Shown here piece after piece: positions 15,216-25,229 of a stretch of 64,000 nt of DNA; position 1 is the stretch's first letter; each line of letters begins with the position of its first letter. Position numbers and translations under genes: made by a program. The notes under the pieces are model-generated. The model made no database searches. It was not told the origin of the DNA and worked only from the letters and a program-made list of their open reading frames with translations. Origin of the DNA: Thermoplasmatota archaeon (GTDB lineage: Archaea > Thermoplasmatota > E2 > JACPAO01 > JAHFTW01); NCBI GenBank assembly GCA_041601615.1, contig JBFIHX010000002.1, positions 224,001 to 288,000 of the forward strand, in the 5' to 3' direction.

Positions 15216-17255
15216 ATGCGTGGGCGGGCCCTCCTTCTTGCTCTGCTGATGCTACCACTTGGGGCCACCAGCCAAGAAAGCCCACCGTCGGCCCCGGTTG
15301 GGTACGTCGAGGAGAGCTTCATGCACACCGCCGCCGACGGCACGGAGTTGGCCGCCACACGGTTTACGCCGCATGGCGACGGCCCTTTCGCCGCGATGCT
15401 CATTACCAACGGCTGGACCAATCGGCACAGCACCGGCAACGAACGCTGGTGGAGCGAACACTACGCCGAACAAGGCTACCTTGTGTATGCCTACACCAGT
15501 CGTGGCTGGGGCAAAAGCAGCGGCGAAATCGAATTGAACGGACCCAAGGAAGTCAGCGACGCGCGCGAATTCGTGGACTTGATTGCCGCCGATCCAAACG
15601 TCCTCCTGGATGCTCCGGGGGATCCTCGTGTCGGTATGATCGGATCCTCCTACGGCGGCGGCATCCAATTGCTCACGGCCCGAGAGGAGCCACGCATCGA
15701 CGCCATTGCTCCGCACAACACCTGGAGTGATCTCCTGGAAAGCCTCGTTCCTGATGATGTTCTCAAGCGCATCTGGACAAGCCTCTTGCTTGCAAGCGGT
15801 GCCGCCGAGGGCAACGGGATTCCCCTCGACGGCAACCCAGGCATGGCAGAGCCAGGCTCCGAAGGCCCCATGCGGCAGCTGTACGAATGGTATGCAGAAG
15901 TCACGGCCTTGAATGCGCCCAGCAGCAATATGCGCGAAGCCTTGGGCAACGTTCGTAGCCTGCACGCGGGCGAACTGGAGACCCCCACGTTCCTCGTCCA
16001 AGGCTGGCCCGATACCTTGTTTCCCGCAAGCCAAGCACTGCGCACCCAAGCCATGCTGCAAGAGTACGGCGTGCCCGTGCGCATGGCCATCGCCGACATC
16101 GGCCACGGCGGCTTCGGCACCGTCGATCCCGCCGTCCAGGCATACGTCGACGACTGGTTCAACACCACGCTGAAAGACCGAGCGCCCACGCTTCCGCCCT
16201 ATCCGGTGTTGCGCCATCGCTACGGCCAAAACGACCTCGTGGGCGAGATGCAGTGGCCCCCCGCCGGCACCACTCTCGCGCGTTACTACCTCCACGCGGC
16301 CGGCGAAGGCGGGCTCCGGCCAGGCTTTCCTGAATCCTCCACCCAGACTTTGCTTGTTGCTCCGGCCGTTCCCGCATCCTGCACGGAGTTCAGCCAATTT
16401 CAGTCCTACAGCAACGAAATCTGCCCCTTCGGCGTCCCGCAAACGCTTGCCCAATGGAGCACAAAGCCGCTTGCGGCCGCCGTCGAGGTCACGGGCACGC
16501 CGCGCCTCAGTCTGACGCTGGAGGGTGATCAAATCGAGGGCGTGATGCTGTTTGCCCAGCTTCAAGACATCGCCCCCGACGGCAGCGTGACGCCCGTTTT
16601 GTACCAAGTGACCGCCATGCGTGACTCCACCAGCACCCCGCACCGGCGCGACTTGGATTTGGAATCGATCAGCCACGAATTTGCCGTTGGCCACCGCATT
16701 GGCCTTCAAGTTGCGACCACCGATCTTGCATTCGCTTGGAGCCGTACCCACGGCCTCGTGACTTTGCACTCCGGCGGAGCTGCAGAAGCCTGGCTGGACG
16801 TGCCCATGGTCCCGAGCGACGCCCACGGGGACCGCATCCCTCCGACCGTCCGCGTGCGCGGCAGCGAAGAAGCCCGGCCCGGCGCCTCGTTCCATTTCAC
16901 CGTGGTCGCGTTCGACAATCTTGCCATGGGGCCACTCGAGGTCACCGTCGGAGACACCCGCCTCCAGAGCCTATCATCGGAGGGCATTCTGCATCGCTTC
17001 CAAGTGCAGCTCCCCGAAAATGAAACCGCCGCCCAGGTGTTGCTTGACAGCATCACGGCAACCGCGACGGACCTTGTGGGAAACCGCGCAACGGCCACCC
17101 TCCGAGAATCCTCCCAGCCCGAGCCAAGCCCAGGAGAATTGCCCGAGCCGCCGAGCAAAAAGAAGAGCCCCGGCCTCGGACCCGTGCTTCTCATCGGTCT
17201 TCTTGCAGCACTCGCCACCGCGCGACGACGCAACGAAGGATCGCCCCGAGCCTAG
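15216..17255 (+). CDS. CocE/NonD (S15) family secreted serine hydrolase with C-terminal sorting tail
   Basis: Signal peptide, RGWGKSSG, GSSYGG nucleophile motif, PepX-like C-terminal domain, KKSPGLGPVLLIGLLAALATARRR tail. Confidence 0.85.
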   Translation: MRGRALLLALLMLPLGATSQESPPSAPVGYVEESFMHTAADGTELAATRFTPHGDGPFAAMLITNGWTNRHSTGNERWWSEHYAEQGYLVYAYTSRGWGKSSGEIELNGPKEVSDAREFVDLIAADPNVLLDAPGDPRVGMIGSSYGGGIQLLTAREEPRIDAIAPHNTWSDLLESLVPDDVLKRIWTSLLLASGAAEGNGIPLDGNPGMAEPGSEGPMRQLYEWYAEVTALNAPSSNMREALGNVRSLHAGELETPTFLVQGWPDTLFPASQALRTQAMLQEYGVPVRMAIADIGHGGFGTVDPAVQAYVDDWFNTTLKDRAPTLPPYPVLRHRYGQNDLVGEMQWPPAGTTLARYYLHAAGEGGLRPGFPESSTQTLLVAPAVPASCTEFSQFQSYSNEICPFGVPQTLAQWSTKPLAAAVEVTGTPRLSLTLEGDQIEGVMLFAQLQDIAPDGSVTPVLYQVTAMRDSTSTPHRRDLDLESISHEFAVGHRIGLQVATTDLAFAWSRTHGLVTLHSGGAAEAWLDVPMVPSDAHGDRIPPTVRVRGSEEARPGASFHFTVVAFDNLAMGPLEVTVGDTRLQSLSSEGILHRFQVQLPENETAAQVLLDSITATATDLVGNRATATLRESSQPEPSPGELPEPPSKKKSPGLGPVLLIGLLAALATARRRNEGSPRA

Positions 17256-19180
17256 AGTGGCACGCAAGTAATGTCGAGGCCCTGCTGATGCGCGGCCGCG
17301 AGCGCCTTGCCCTCTGGACTCGTGGTCTTGAAGCGCAATTTGCCCTCCGCCGATGAGCGCAGTTGGCCCACGGTCGCATCCTCGATTTCGACGCGGAAGT
17401 CCCGACCGCCAAAGCCTGACCCAACCGCCAGGAAGATGTTGTTGCCGGACTTCTTGTACTCCGCGTGCACCGGACTGGAGCCGCCTTCGGAGTGCCTGTG
17501 TGCGGCCGGCGCCTTGCCGCCGCCAAGGGGCACTTTGCGTGCAGAACGACCCGGAACGTGCGCGGGTGCCTGCTCTGATTTGCTGCGAATGTCGAGGCGG
17601 ATTCCCAAGCGATCTTGGAGGGCCTGCACCGTCCGTCCGCCCTTGCCAATGACCTGCGGGACCGCCCAGTCCTCCACGAAAATGATTGCGCCATTGCCGC
17701 GCATCTCTACCTCAAGCGTGCTGCCCTTGGCGTACCGTGCCAAGGCCCGCTTGACTTCGCGTTCGGCAAGAGCCGCAGCACCCTTGGCCGGGCCGCCCGC
17801 CGTGCCGCTGCCGCCGGAGACTTGGTCCAAGGGCATGACGACAATTTGCTCGCCGTAGGTGTAGAGTTCGTACAGATCCTCGCCCGTGGACACATCGGAC
17901 ACCACGACCACGGGTCGCGCCAGGTCTTCCTGCATCATGCCAGACGGCACCTTCACGGTGAAACGAAGCTCTAGAATCGTCTCGATGCGGCCCGCGTCGA
18001 TGAACACCACAGAATCGACAATCTGCGGAATCATACCTAGGTCCACGCGTCCGATCAATCGCTGCACCGCATCGATGGCGCGGTTGGCGTGCGTGACTCC
18101 GATGAGGCCAACGCCGGCCAATCGCATGTCTGCAAACACCTTGAAATCGTTCGTCGTGCGCACCTCGTCGTAGATGACATGATCCGGGCGAACCAGCAGC
18201 ATCACTTCGCCCGTCCACGCCATGTCGCGATCCAAGGCGCCGTACTGAGTGATCTCCTTGGGCACCTGCAAATCGCGTGGCTGCTCCATGGTTTTGACTA
18301 CGCGGGACAGGCCGTGCAAGTGCTCGGCCACCGCCGCCGCAAAAGTCGACTTGCCGCTGCCGGGGGGGCCGGCCACGAATACACCGCGAGACCGGCCCTC
18401 AAGGCGTTCCAAGATCTCCTGCGGCAGCTCGTAGTCGTCGATGGTCGCCTTGAACACCGGCCGCACCGCCGTCACCTCCAACGCATCCGAGAACGGCGGC
18501 TGGGCGATGGTGATGCGCATCGGGCCAAGTTGCACGACAGTGCAGCCGTGGCGCTCGAGTTCGAGGAAGGAGTTGTAGTCGCGCTTGGCAAATTCGATGC
18601 ACTCGCGGGTCAAGGCACGAATTTCTGTGTGCGGCATGGCGCTCGTTCCCAGCGCTTCGTAGGCAACACTTCCGGGCTTGCCGCGCTTGACCATGGGAAC
18701 GCAGTCGGCCTTGAGGTGGACACTCATGGTCTCGTCGTCAAAGAACGACCAAATGCCGAGGCCCGTTAGGTCTGGGTCTTCGTCCACGATGGGTCGAATG
18801 TAGTGGTGGCGAAGGCCCTGCGCTGCCGCTGCGTGGGCTTGGACTCGGTCGCTTGTGACCAGTAGGCCACCCACGTCCACGGCCGTGTCTCGCATCAGCG
18901 CGTCGATGGCGCCCGTGGAGGCATGCTCGATTTCGTCCGAGGTTGGGCGGGTGCCAGCAAATTCCACCGTGACTTCTTCAAGTGTCGCGAGCCGATGCAG
19001 TTCGGTCAGTTCCGTGAGTCCTGCGAATCCCGTCTCCAAGCCTCGGTTTGCCTGTGCTTCCAGTTCCGCGAGGGCTGCATTGGGCACGACCACGCGAGCG
19101 CCTGGAAACTCATCCTGGACGAGGCTGGTGATGCGGCCGTCGATCAGGACAGAAGTGTCGGGGACGAGGGTCTCTGCCAC
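17252..19180 (-). CDS. PIN domain-ATPase-KH protein (archaeal PINA family)
   Basis: VPDTSVLIDG PIN domain, GPPGSGKST Walker A, YDEVR Walker B, IGKGG KH motif. Confidence 0.9.
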   Translation of the reverse strand: MAETLVPDTSVLIDGRITSLVQDEFPGARVVVPNAALAELEAQANRGLETGFAGLTELTELHRLATLEEVTVEFAGTRPTSDEIEHASTGAIDALMRDTAVDVGGLLVTSDRVQAHAAAAQGLRHHYIRPIVDEDPDLTGLGIWSFFDDETMSVHLKADCVPMVKRGKPGSVAYEALGTSAMPHTEIRALTRECIEFAKRDYNSFLELERHGCTVVQLGPMRITIAQPPFSDALEVTAVRPVFKATIDDYELPQEILERLEGRSRGVFVAGPPGSGKSTFAAAVAEHLHGLSRVVKTMEQPRDLQVPKEITQYGALDRDMAWTGEVMLLVRPDHVIYDEVRTTNDFKVFADMRLAGVGLIGVTHANRAIDAVQRLIGRVDLGMIPQIVDSVVFIDAGRIETILELRFTVKVPSGMMQEDLARPVVVVSDVSTGEDLYELYTYGEQIVVMPLDQVSGGSGTAGGPAKGAAALAEREVKRALARYAKGSTLEVEMRGNGAIIFVEDWAVPQVIGKGGRTVQALQDRLGIRLDIRSKSEQAPAHVPGRSARKVPLGGGKAPAAHRHSEGGSSPVHAEYKKSGNNIFLAVGSGFGGRDFRVEIEDATVGQLRSSAEGKLRFKTTSPEGKALAAAHQQGLDITCVPL

Positions 19181-19241
19181 GAGGGAAGAGAAGGGATGGT
19201 GGGGGATGAAGGCGCCGGTATCCCTCGGCGCGTGGCTTGCG

Positions 19242-19490
19242 CTATGAGGCGGGGATCCAGCAGAATTCGAGGGTGCCGAACACGGTGGTGCGGGTTTCGT
19301 GGAGGATGCAGTCGGGGTCTGTGGGGTCGAGGCAGAATCGACTGCCCATGTCGACGCCGCCGGGGACGTTGACGTTCCAACAGACGGGGAATCCTGAGGC
19401 CGCTGTTTCCGTCTCCGTCTCTGCTGAGGCGGCGGGGGCCACGAGGAGGGCGGCTAGAGTTAGGCCTGCAAGCATTGCAATTGCGCGCAT
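19242..19490 (-). CDS. Small secreted 4-Cys protein (hypothetical)
   Basis: MRAIAMLAGLTLAALLVAPAASA signal peptide; mature region of about 59 aa with four Cys. Confidence 0.6.
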   Translation of the reverse strand: MRAIAMLAGLTLAALLVAPAASAETETETAASGFPVCWNVNVPGGVDMGSRFCLDPTDPDCILHETRTTVFGTLEFCWIPAS

Positions 19491-19554
19491 ACACGGGACA
19501 ATCATTTGCGGTATGGAATGCCTCGCCCGAGGGGGATGAAACTACACCTGAACG

Positions 19555-20505
19555 TTATGCAAGTTCTGCAGGTGCTTGTGTCTCCGTTGTCTCGGTGCGC
19601 CTTGTTGCTTGTTTTTTGGCACCTGTGATGAGCACCACGGCCGCCACGATGAGCGCTGCCGCTGTGATGGAGCGAGTAGTCAGCGGTTCGGAGACGAGCC
19701 AGACGCCAAGCGCGAGGGCGACCACGGGGTTCACGAAGGCGTAGGTGGCGACCGCGGGGGCGGACACGTTGCGAAGAAGCCAGATGTAGGATGTGAACGC
19801 GATAACGGACCCAAACAACACGAGGTAGCCGAGCGCCAACCAGTTGCGGGCGGACACAGAGGCCCACGACAAAGGCTCGCCTTGTGCAAGCGCTCCGACG
19901 CCAAGCGCTAGGGCTCCACCCAGCATTTGGGTCCCGGCGCGCATACGGAGGCTTGCGATGGCGCTTCTTCGTGATCGAAGTGATCCGTACGCCCACGCGG
20001 CACTGCCGGCGATGATCATCAACACGAACCACGGGTCCGAGCGACCGCCCACCCAGCCCGCATCGACCGTGGATAGCAATGCAACACCCACCACTCCGAG
20101 CACCATGCCGGTGGCGACCCGCGTCGAGGGCAGGCGCCTTGCGGTGAAGGACTCCATCACCACGACCCACAGGGGAACGGTGGCCACTAGGAGCGCTGTG
20201 ATTCCTGTGGGCATCTTCGACTCAGCAACCGATACCGCGCCGTTGCCAATGGCGAGCATCATAGCCCCCACAACGAATGCCTCTGCCATGTCGGCGCGCG
20301 CTGGCCACGGCGAGCCTCGCCACCGCGCCCACGCGACCATCAAGAGGCCTGCCGCAAGAAACCGTAGGCACGCCATCAGCAGAGGCGGGATGCCTTCGAT
20401 GGCCCACAAGATAGCAATGTACGTAGAACCCCAGACTAGGTAGACGGCCGCAAAAGCCAGAAGCATGCCAACGCGGGAGAGCGCCGGGGCCGGAGCATCG
20501 GTCAA
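19555..20505 (-). CDS. EamA/DMT family transporter (YedA-like)
   Basis: VYLVWGSTY, about 10 TM segments, YLVLFGSVIAFTSY, YAFVNPVVA. Confidence 0.9.
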   Translation of the reverse strand: MTDAPAPALSRVGMLLAFAAVYLVWGSTYIAILWAIEGIPPLLMACLRFLAAGLLMVAWARWRGSPWPARADMAEAFVVGAMMLAIGNGAVSVAESKMPTGITALLVATVPLWVVVMESFTARRLPSTRVATGMVLGVVGVALLSTVDAGWVGGRSDPWFVLMIIAGSAAWAYGSLRSRRSAIASLRMRAGTQMLGGALALGVGALAQGEPLSWASVSARNWLALGYLVLFGSVIAFTSYIWLLRNVSAPAVATYAFVNPVVALALGVWLVSEPLTTRSITAAALIVAAVVLITGAKKQATRRTETTETQAPAELA

Positions 20506-20545
20506 CGTGCCGGCAAGCCGTCGTGGCTAGATGAGCCGGACGGAA

Positions 20546-21382
20546 TCAGCCATCCGTCCCGCCGACCCCCAGCGCCTCAAGCCAGGCCTTGACGCGCTGG
20601 CGCTGCGGTCCCTTCAGCCCCTTCTTGTGGATGTACACGGGCGCTTCCTCGTCGGCTCCCGGTGTTGCTTCGATGGCCCGCCGCAGGACTTCCGGGGATT
20701 CCTCGTCCGCGTCCACGCCGTACGCTGGCAGCAAATGTCCAAAGTCCACTTCGCCCGCCAAGGCCAGGTCCGTCATGCGTGGAACATAGTGCCCCCCGCC
20801 GACTCCCGCTCGAATCGGACCTTCGATGAATCCTTCGCCATCAAGCACGTCCGTCACGGCCCCGGCAAGCGCCTCGCCCGACGGAACGTCCTCGTACCAC
20901 GTCTCGTCGCTGCCGATCTCCACGAACAGGCTCGGGAGGGCCATGTGGGGGCCGTGGTGGGTCGCCTCGTAGGTGACGCCGTGCGGAAGCCCGCGCCGGT
21001 CGCGATGCACCCGGAGCCGCCGAAGAAGCGCCCCCATGTCGCGGGGAGCCGCCGGAGACAACGTCCGGGGCCGGCCTCCAAATTCGGCGTCCTGGTGGTT
21101 GCCGATGGGGTGTACCGTCAGGCTCGGTTGACCGCTTGCCGCCCGGTGTCGGCTGAGAAACCACACCGCCGAGATCGGCCACGCGAGTGCTTCCAGGTCC
21201 CCGGATAATTCTTCGTCAAGGATCGTCGGCCCGTCCACCTCCACCAGCATGTCGTAGCCGCGCTGGTGCATCGGGTGGCCTCGAAACGTGCTTGCTGTGT
21301 CCACCCAATCGCCCGTCTCCAAGAGCCGGTCGCGGATGTTGACGCTGGCACTGTCGCTGCGGTTGACCACGAGGACGCGCAC
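20546..21382 (-). CDS. dtdA: Archaeal D-aminoacyl-tRNA deacylase
   Basis: DSASVNI, FLSRH, LTVHPIGN, YEATHHGP, FVEIGS, GGGHY. Confidence 0.9.
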   Translation of the reverse strand: MRVLVVNRSDSASVNIRDRLLETGDWVDTASTFRGHPMHQRGYDMLVEVDGPTILDEELSGDLEALAWPISAVWFLSRHRAASGQPSLTVHPIGNHQDAEFGGRPRTLSPAAPRDMGALLRRLRVHRDRRGLPHGVTYEATHHGPHMALPSLFVEIGSDETWYEDVPSGEALAGAVTDVLDGEGFIEGPIRAGVGGGHYVPRMTDLALAGEVDFGHLLPAYGVDADEESPEVLRRAIEATPGADEEAPVYIHKKGLKGPQRQRVKAWLEALGVGGTDG

Positions 21383-21452
21383 GAAGCGGACAGGAATGGG
21401 CGCGTTGATGGCGCTTGCGACCGGAGCAGGCTCCGAGTTTGCCTACCGTCGC

Positions 21453-22724
21453 TTACTGTCGCACAATGGTCTGTGCCCGGCCTGGGCCGATGCCGACGAG
21501 TTTGATCTTGGCGCCAGTCTTCTCGCGGATGAATTGCAAGTACGTTCGCGCTTCCGCCGGAAGGCCCTGCCAGGTGCCGTCGCCCATGGCGCTCCAGCCC
21601 TTGAAGGACTCGTAGATGGGGCGCGCCGCCGCAAACAAGTCCGGGTCGCTGGGGATGCGGTCGGTCTTGGTGCCATCGGGCAACTCGTACTGGGTGCAGA
21701 CGAGCACTTCGTCGAGGCCCGCCATGACATCCATCTTCGTGACTGCGACGTGGGTGATGCCGCACAAGCGCACGGCGTGGTTGACGACGACGAGGTCGAG
21801 CCAGCCGCAGCGACGGGCGCGGCCGGTGGTGGTGCCCACTTCGTGCCCGACTTGTGCTAGGTGTTCGCCGATGCCCTTGTCGGTGGGCAGTTCGGTAGGG
21901 AACGGGCCGGCGCCGACGCGAGTGGTGTACGCCTTGACGACGCCAATCACGTCGCCGATGTCGCGGGGGGCGAGCCCGCTGCCGGTGCACATGCCGCCGC
22001 CGCTGACGCTGCTGCTGGTGACATAGGGGAAGGTGCCGTGGTCGATGTCGAGCATGACGCCCTGGGCGCCTTCCAGCAGGATGCCGTCGCCGTCGTGGAC
22101 TGCTTCTTGCAGCAGCGCCACGGTGTCGGTGATGAAGGGGCGCAGCACTTCGGCAGCACTCATCAAATCACTGACGATGTCTTCGGCGTTGAGTTTGTCG
22201 CGGCGACCGTAGGCCTTCAGAACTGCTTGCTTGACGGCTACGTTTTCTTCGACGCGGGCAGCTAGGCGCTCAGGGTGCAGAAGGTCCCCGGCGCGGATGC
22301 CGGCGCGGCTTGCCTTGTCTTGGTACGCGGGGCCGATGCCGCGGCCGGTTGTGCCCACTGCGTTGCCGCCTCGGAACGCTTCTTCGGCGCCGTCCAGGAG
22401 CTTGTGGTAGGGCATGATGAGGTGGGCGCAGTCGCTGAGGTGCAATTCGAATTCGACGCCGCGGGCGCGCAGCCGCTCGACTTCTTCGACCAGGACCATG
22501 GGGTCCACGACGCAGCCGTTGCCGATGACGCCGGTTTTGCCACTGACGCACCCGCTGGGCAGAAGATGGAGCTTGAACACTTCCTCCCCGACCACGATGG
22601 TGTGCCCTGCGTTGTTGCCTCCCTGGAAACGCACCACGAACTTGGCGCGCTCTGCGAGGTAGTCGACAATCTTGCCCTTGCCTTCGTCTCCCCACTGGGT
22701 CCCAACGACGGCGCTGACAGCCAT
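21453..22724 (-). CDS. purA: Adenylosuccinate synthase
   Basis: GTQWGDEGKGK, GGNNAGHT, GTTGRGIGPAY, EGAQG, YPYVTSS-like FPYVTSS, TTGRARRCGW. Confidence 0.97.
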   Translation of the reverse strand: MAVSAVVGTQWGDEGKGKIVDYLAERAKFVVRFQGGNNAGHTIVVGEEVFKLHLLPSGCVSGKTGVIGNGCVVDPMVLVEEVERLRARGVEFELHLSDCAHLIMPYHKLLDGAEEAFRGGNAVGTTGRGIGPAYQDKASRAGIRAGDLLHPERLAARVEENVAVKQAVLKAYGRRDKLNAEDIVSDLMSAAEVLRPFITDTVALLQEAVHDGDGILLEGAQGVMLDIDHGTFPYVTSSSVSGGGMCTGSGLAPRDIGDVIGVVKAYTTRVGAGPFPTELPTDKGIGEHLAQVGHEVGTTTGRARRCGWLDLVVVNHAVRLCGITHVAVTKMDVMAGLDEVLVCTQYELPDGTKTDRIPSDPDLFAAARPIYESFKGWSAMGDGTWQGLPAEARTYLQFIREKTGAKIKLVGIGPGRAQTIVRQ

Positions 22725-22807
22725 GCGGCGGCCACTCGGGCCCTGTATTTGAGGGCGAGGGCCAAGGCCGGTGCGACGGGTGGGCAGATCGCAGCGTCGA
22801 AGGGAAT

Positions 22808-23527
22808 TCAGGGACTCATCGGCCCGCGAACGGTGATTTCCTTGATGTCGCTGGTTTGCGGTTGCTCGATCATCGAAAGGACCGCGTGTGCCACGTCTTC
22901 GGGCTGGAGGGCTCCCTTGAAGCTCCGCTCGCCGGCTTCTTGGTCAAAGAAGTGGGTCTCGGTGTAGCCAGGCGAAACGAGTCCGACTTTGATGTTCTCG
23001 CGGGCCACTTCGTGCCGAACACTTTCGGTCATGCCGCGCACGGCGAACTTGGTGGCGGCGTAGAGGCTCCAGTCGGCGCGCCCGAAGTAGCTGAGCCCGC
23101 TGCCAATGGTGACGATTTGGCCTCGCTTGCGTCGGCGCATGATCTTTACGGCGGCTTGGGTCAGCATGTAGGGAGCACGGACGTTGACGGCCATGGTGTG
23201 GTCGAATTCTTCGTCGCTCACCTCGGTGATTGGTTTGACGGAGCCGATGCCGGCGTTGTTGACGAGGATGTCGAAGCCATCGCATTCGCGAACGCTTGTC
23301 ATGACGATGCGGTCGAGGTCCTTGTAGTCAGCTACGTCCGCCGCGATGGTGAGAACGTGCGGGCTGCCGGCGGCGCGACAGGTCTCTGCGGTGGCTTCCA
23401 GAGCCTCTTCGCCTCGGGCTACGAGAATCAAGCGGGCGCCGCGAGTGGCGAGTGCGAGGCTGATGGCGCGGCCGATGCCTTTGCTGGCGCCGGTGACGAG
23501 GGCGATTCGGCCTTGGAGGCTGGACAT
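22808..23527 (-). CDS. Short-chain dehydrogenase/reductase
   Basis: TGASKGIG, NNAG, YAATK. Confidence 0.9.
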   Translation of the reverse strand: MSSLQGRIALVTGASKGIGRAISLALATRGARLILVARGEEALEATAETCRAAGSPHVLTIAADVADYKDLDRIVMTSVRECDGFDILVNNAGIGSVKPITEVSDEEFDHTMAVNVRAPYMLTQAAVKIMRRRKRGQIVTIGSGLSYFGRADWSLYAATKFAVRGMTESVRHEVARENIKVGLVSPGYTETHFFDQEAGERSFKGALQPEDVAHAVLSMIEQPQTSDIKEITVRGPMSP

Positions 23528-23538
23528 GTTTTGGTCTC

Positions 23539-24021
23539 CTAGCCAGCGTAGTGAAGCCCGGCGCTTTCGTGGCTCATCGCCTTGGCATCCGAATCAAACA
23601 CGTGTGCCTCGGTGACTTCGAACAAACACGGCGCGTGGTCACCGCCTTCGAGTTCGGCCACGAATTTCAGTTCAAGGGCGGCGGGGAGCGCGGGAAGAAG
23701 CGGGCAGCCATTGTCGCCGACTTGGACATCGAGGCCGCCGGCTTTGCCGTCTTCCACGTCGACGTGCTTGAAGAACGCCTTCATGGTATCCTTGTCGTCG
23801 GCGCCTAGGAGATTGAGCGCCAGTACGCCCGTCTCCTTTGCGGCGGCATACGCGGAGCCTTCACGGTGGAGGCCGAGCACGACGCGGGGTGGATCAAAGC
23901 TGGTTTGGGTGAACCAGCTGACGAGGTTGATGCCGGTGCTGCCGTCGGTGCGCTTGAAGCCTGCAAGGTACAAGCCGTAGGGGACCAATCGGAGGGCGTG
24001 TTTCTTGGCTGCCGCGTCCAT
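23539..24021 (-). CDS. Flavin reductase family protein
   Basis: PYGLY, SWFTQTSFDPP, GDH. Confidence 0.85.
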   Translation of the reverse strand: MDAAAKKHALRLVPYGLYLAGFKRTDGSTGINLVSWFTQTSFDPPRVVLGLHREGSAYAAAKETGVLALNLLGADDKDTMKAFFKHVDVEDGKAGGLDVQVGDNGCPLLPALPAALELKFVAELEGGDHAPCLFEVTEAHVFDSDAKAMSHESAGLHYAG

Positions 24022-24045
24022 GGGCGCCGCACTGGCAGGGGCCTC

Positions 24046-24777
24046 TTAGAAGAAACCCACCGCAATGGCCGTGACGACGACTGCTGGCACAAGGCTTGCA
24101 AGGAAATTGACGCTCTCTTTGCCAAGCGGCCGGTCGGGGTGGATGGCGTCGCGCTCCAGGGTCGCGCCAAGCACACTGTCCAATTGGCACCCCAGCCATC
24201 CAGCGAGTGCCGGAATCCACGCCAAGCGCAACGGGAGCCCCAAGAGCGGTACGGCAGCAAGTGCAATCACTCCGGCGCCAAGCACGGCTGAAAATTGACC
24301 CACCCAACTGACGCAACCGTTTTCGCCAGGGGGCCGAAGGTCGAACGGCGGCACAATGCGGCGAGCGCCTCGTCCAAGCGCCCCTAGTTCGCTTGCCATG
24401 GTGTCGGCGGTCACGGCGGCCACGGCGCTGGCAAAAGCGAGTGCGGCGACTTCCGGAGCCACAAAGTGAATGCTGAGGGCTGCCAGAAGAGCGGCGGTTC
24501 CGTTGGCCAGCACATTCGGCACCCCGCGCTCCCCGTCGCGCTCCTCTGCGGCGCCGCGCGCGGCCTTGCGGCGCTTGCCCACGACTGTTACCGTGGCACC
24601 GAGGGCACTGAACAATGACATGAGCACGAGCCAGCCGAGGCCTGCGGACAAGGCAACCACGAGGCCCACAAGAAATGCCATGGCGGCGCCCGGAGCGTCG
24701 AGGGCGCGCAGCGACCAAGCAAGCAGACTCAACCCGCCAAGGGTCAAGAGGAGCACGAGGAGCCACCAGGGGCTCAT
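24046..24777 (-). CDS. DUF92/TMEM19 family membrane protein
   Basis: RGVPNVLANG, ADTMASELG, GENGCVS, DSVLGATLE, VNFLA. Confidence 0.87.
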   Translation of the reverse strand: MSPWWLLVLLLTLGGLSLLAWSLRALDAPGAAMAFLVGLVVALSAGLGWLVLMSLFSALGATVTVVGKRRKAARGAAEERDGERGVPNVLANGTAALLAALSIHFVAPEVAALAFASAVAAVTADTMASELGALGRGARRIVPPFDLRPPGENGCVSWVGQFSAVLGAGVIALAAVPLLGLPLRLAWIPALAGWLGCQLDSVLGATLERDAIHPDRPLGKESVNFLASLVPAVVVTAIAVGFF

Positions 24778-24778
24778 G

Positions 24779-25195
24779 CTACCACGCGAAGTACGGTTCG
24801 TGGACGGATTCCGCCGCCACGACCACAAGGGTCCGTGCCGGGTCGTCCGGGTGGACACCAAGGTACACGACGCGGCCGTCGATGACGCGGTCGTCACCGG
24901 GAGTCGCTTGGGAATCCTGAATGCCTGTGACGAGCACCATGGGCTCTTCCACATCCAGCAGGAACGTCCTGTTGTCCAGCGTCGCGAGCACTGCTTGCCA
25001 GGATGCAAGAGTTGGGGCTTCGAACGCAAGAAGGTCGCCCTTCAAACGCACTTCCTCGCCGGCGGCATCGATGGAATGGAGATCCTCGACTGTGCCGAAC
25101 TCACCGTCATGGCGCAGGAGAACGCCCAATGCGCCCGCACTGGCAAGCAACGCCAGAGACAACGCTAGGATGAACGGATTCCGTACCCGAGTCAC
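24779..25195 (-). CDS. Hypothetical membrane-anchored protein (start uncertain)
   Basis: N-terminal TM segment then a beta-rich domain; sits tightly between rpl10e and the DUF92 gene. Confidence 0.55.
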   Translation of the reverse strand: MTRVRNPFILALSLALLASAGALGVLLRHDGEFGTVEDLHSIDAAGEEVRLKGDLLAFEAPTLASWQAVLATLDNRTFLLDVEEPMVLVTGIQDSQATPGDDRVIDGRVVYLGVHPDDPARTLVVVAAESVHEPYFAW

Positions 25196-25229
25196 GCACA
25201 CACCCGAAATGGAAGAGAAGGTTTGGGGC

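Noticed and set aside
17252-19180. VapC toxin or secretion ATPase
   Set aside because: The PIN-ATPase-KH fusion is the conserved archaeal housekeeping PINA family.
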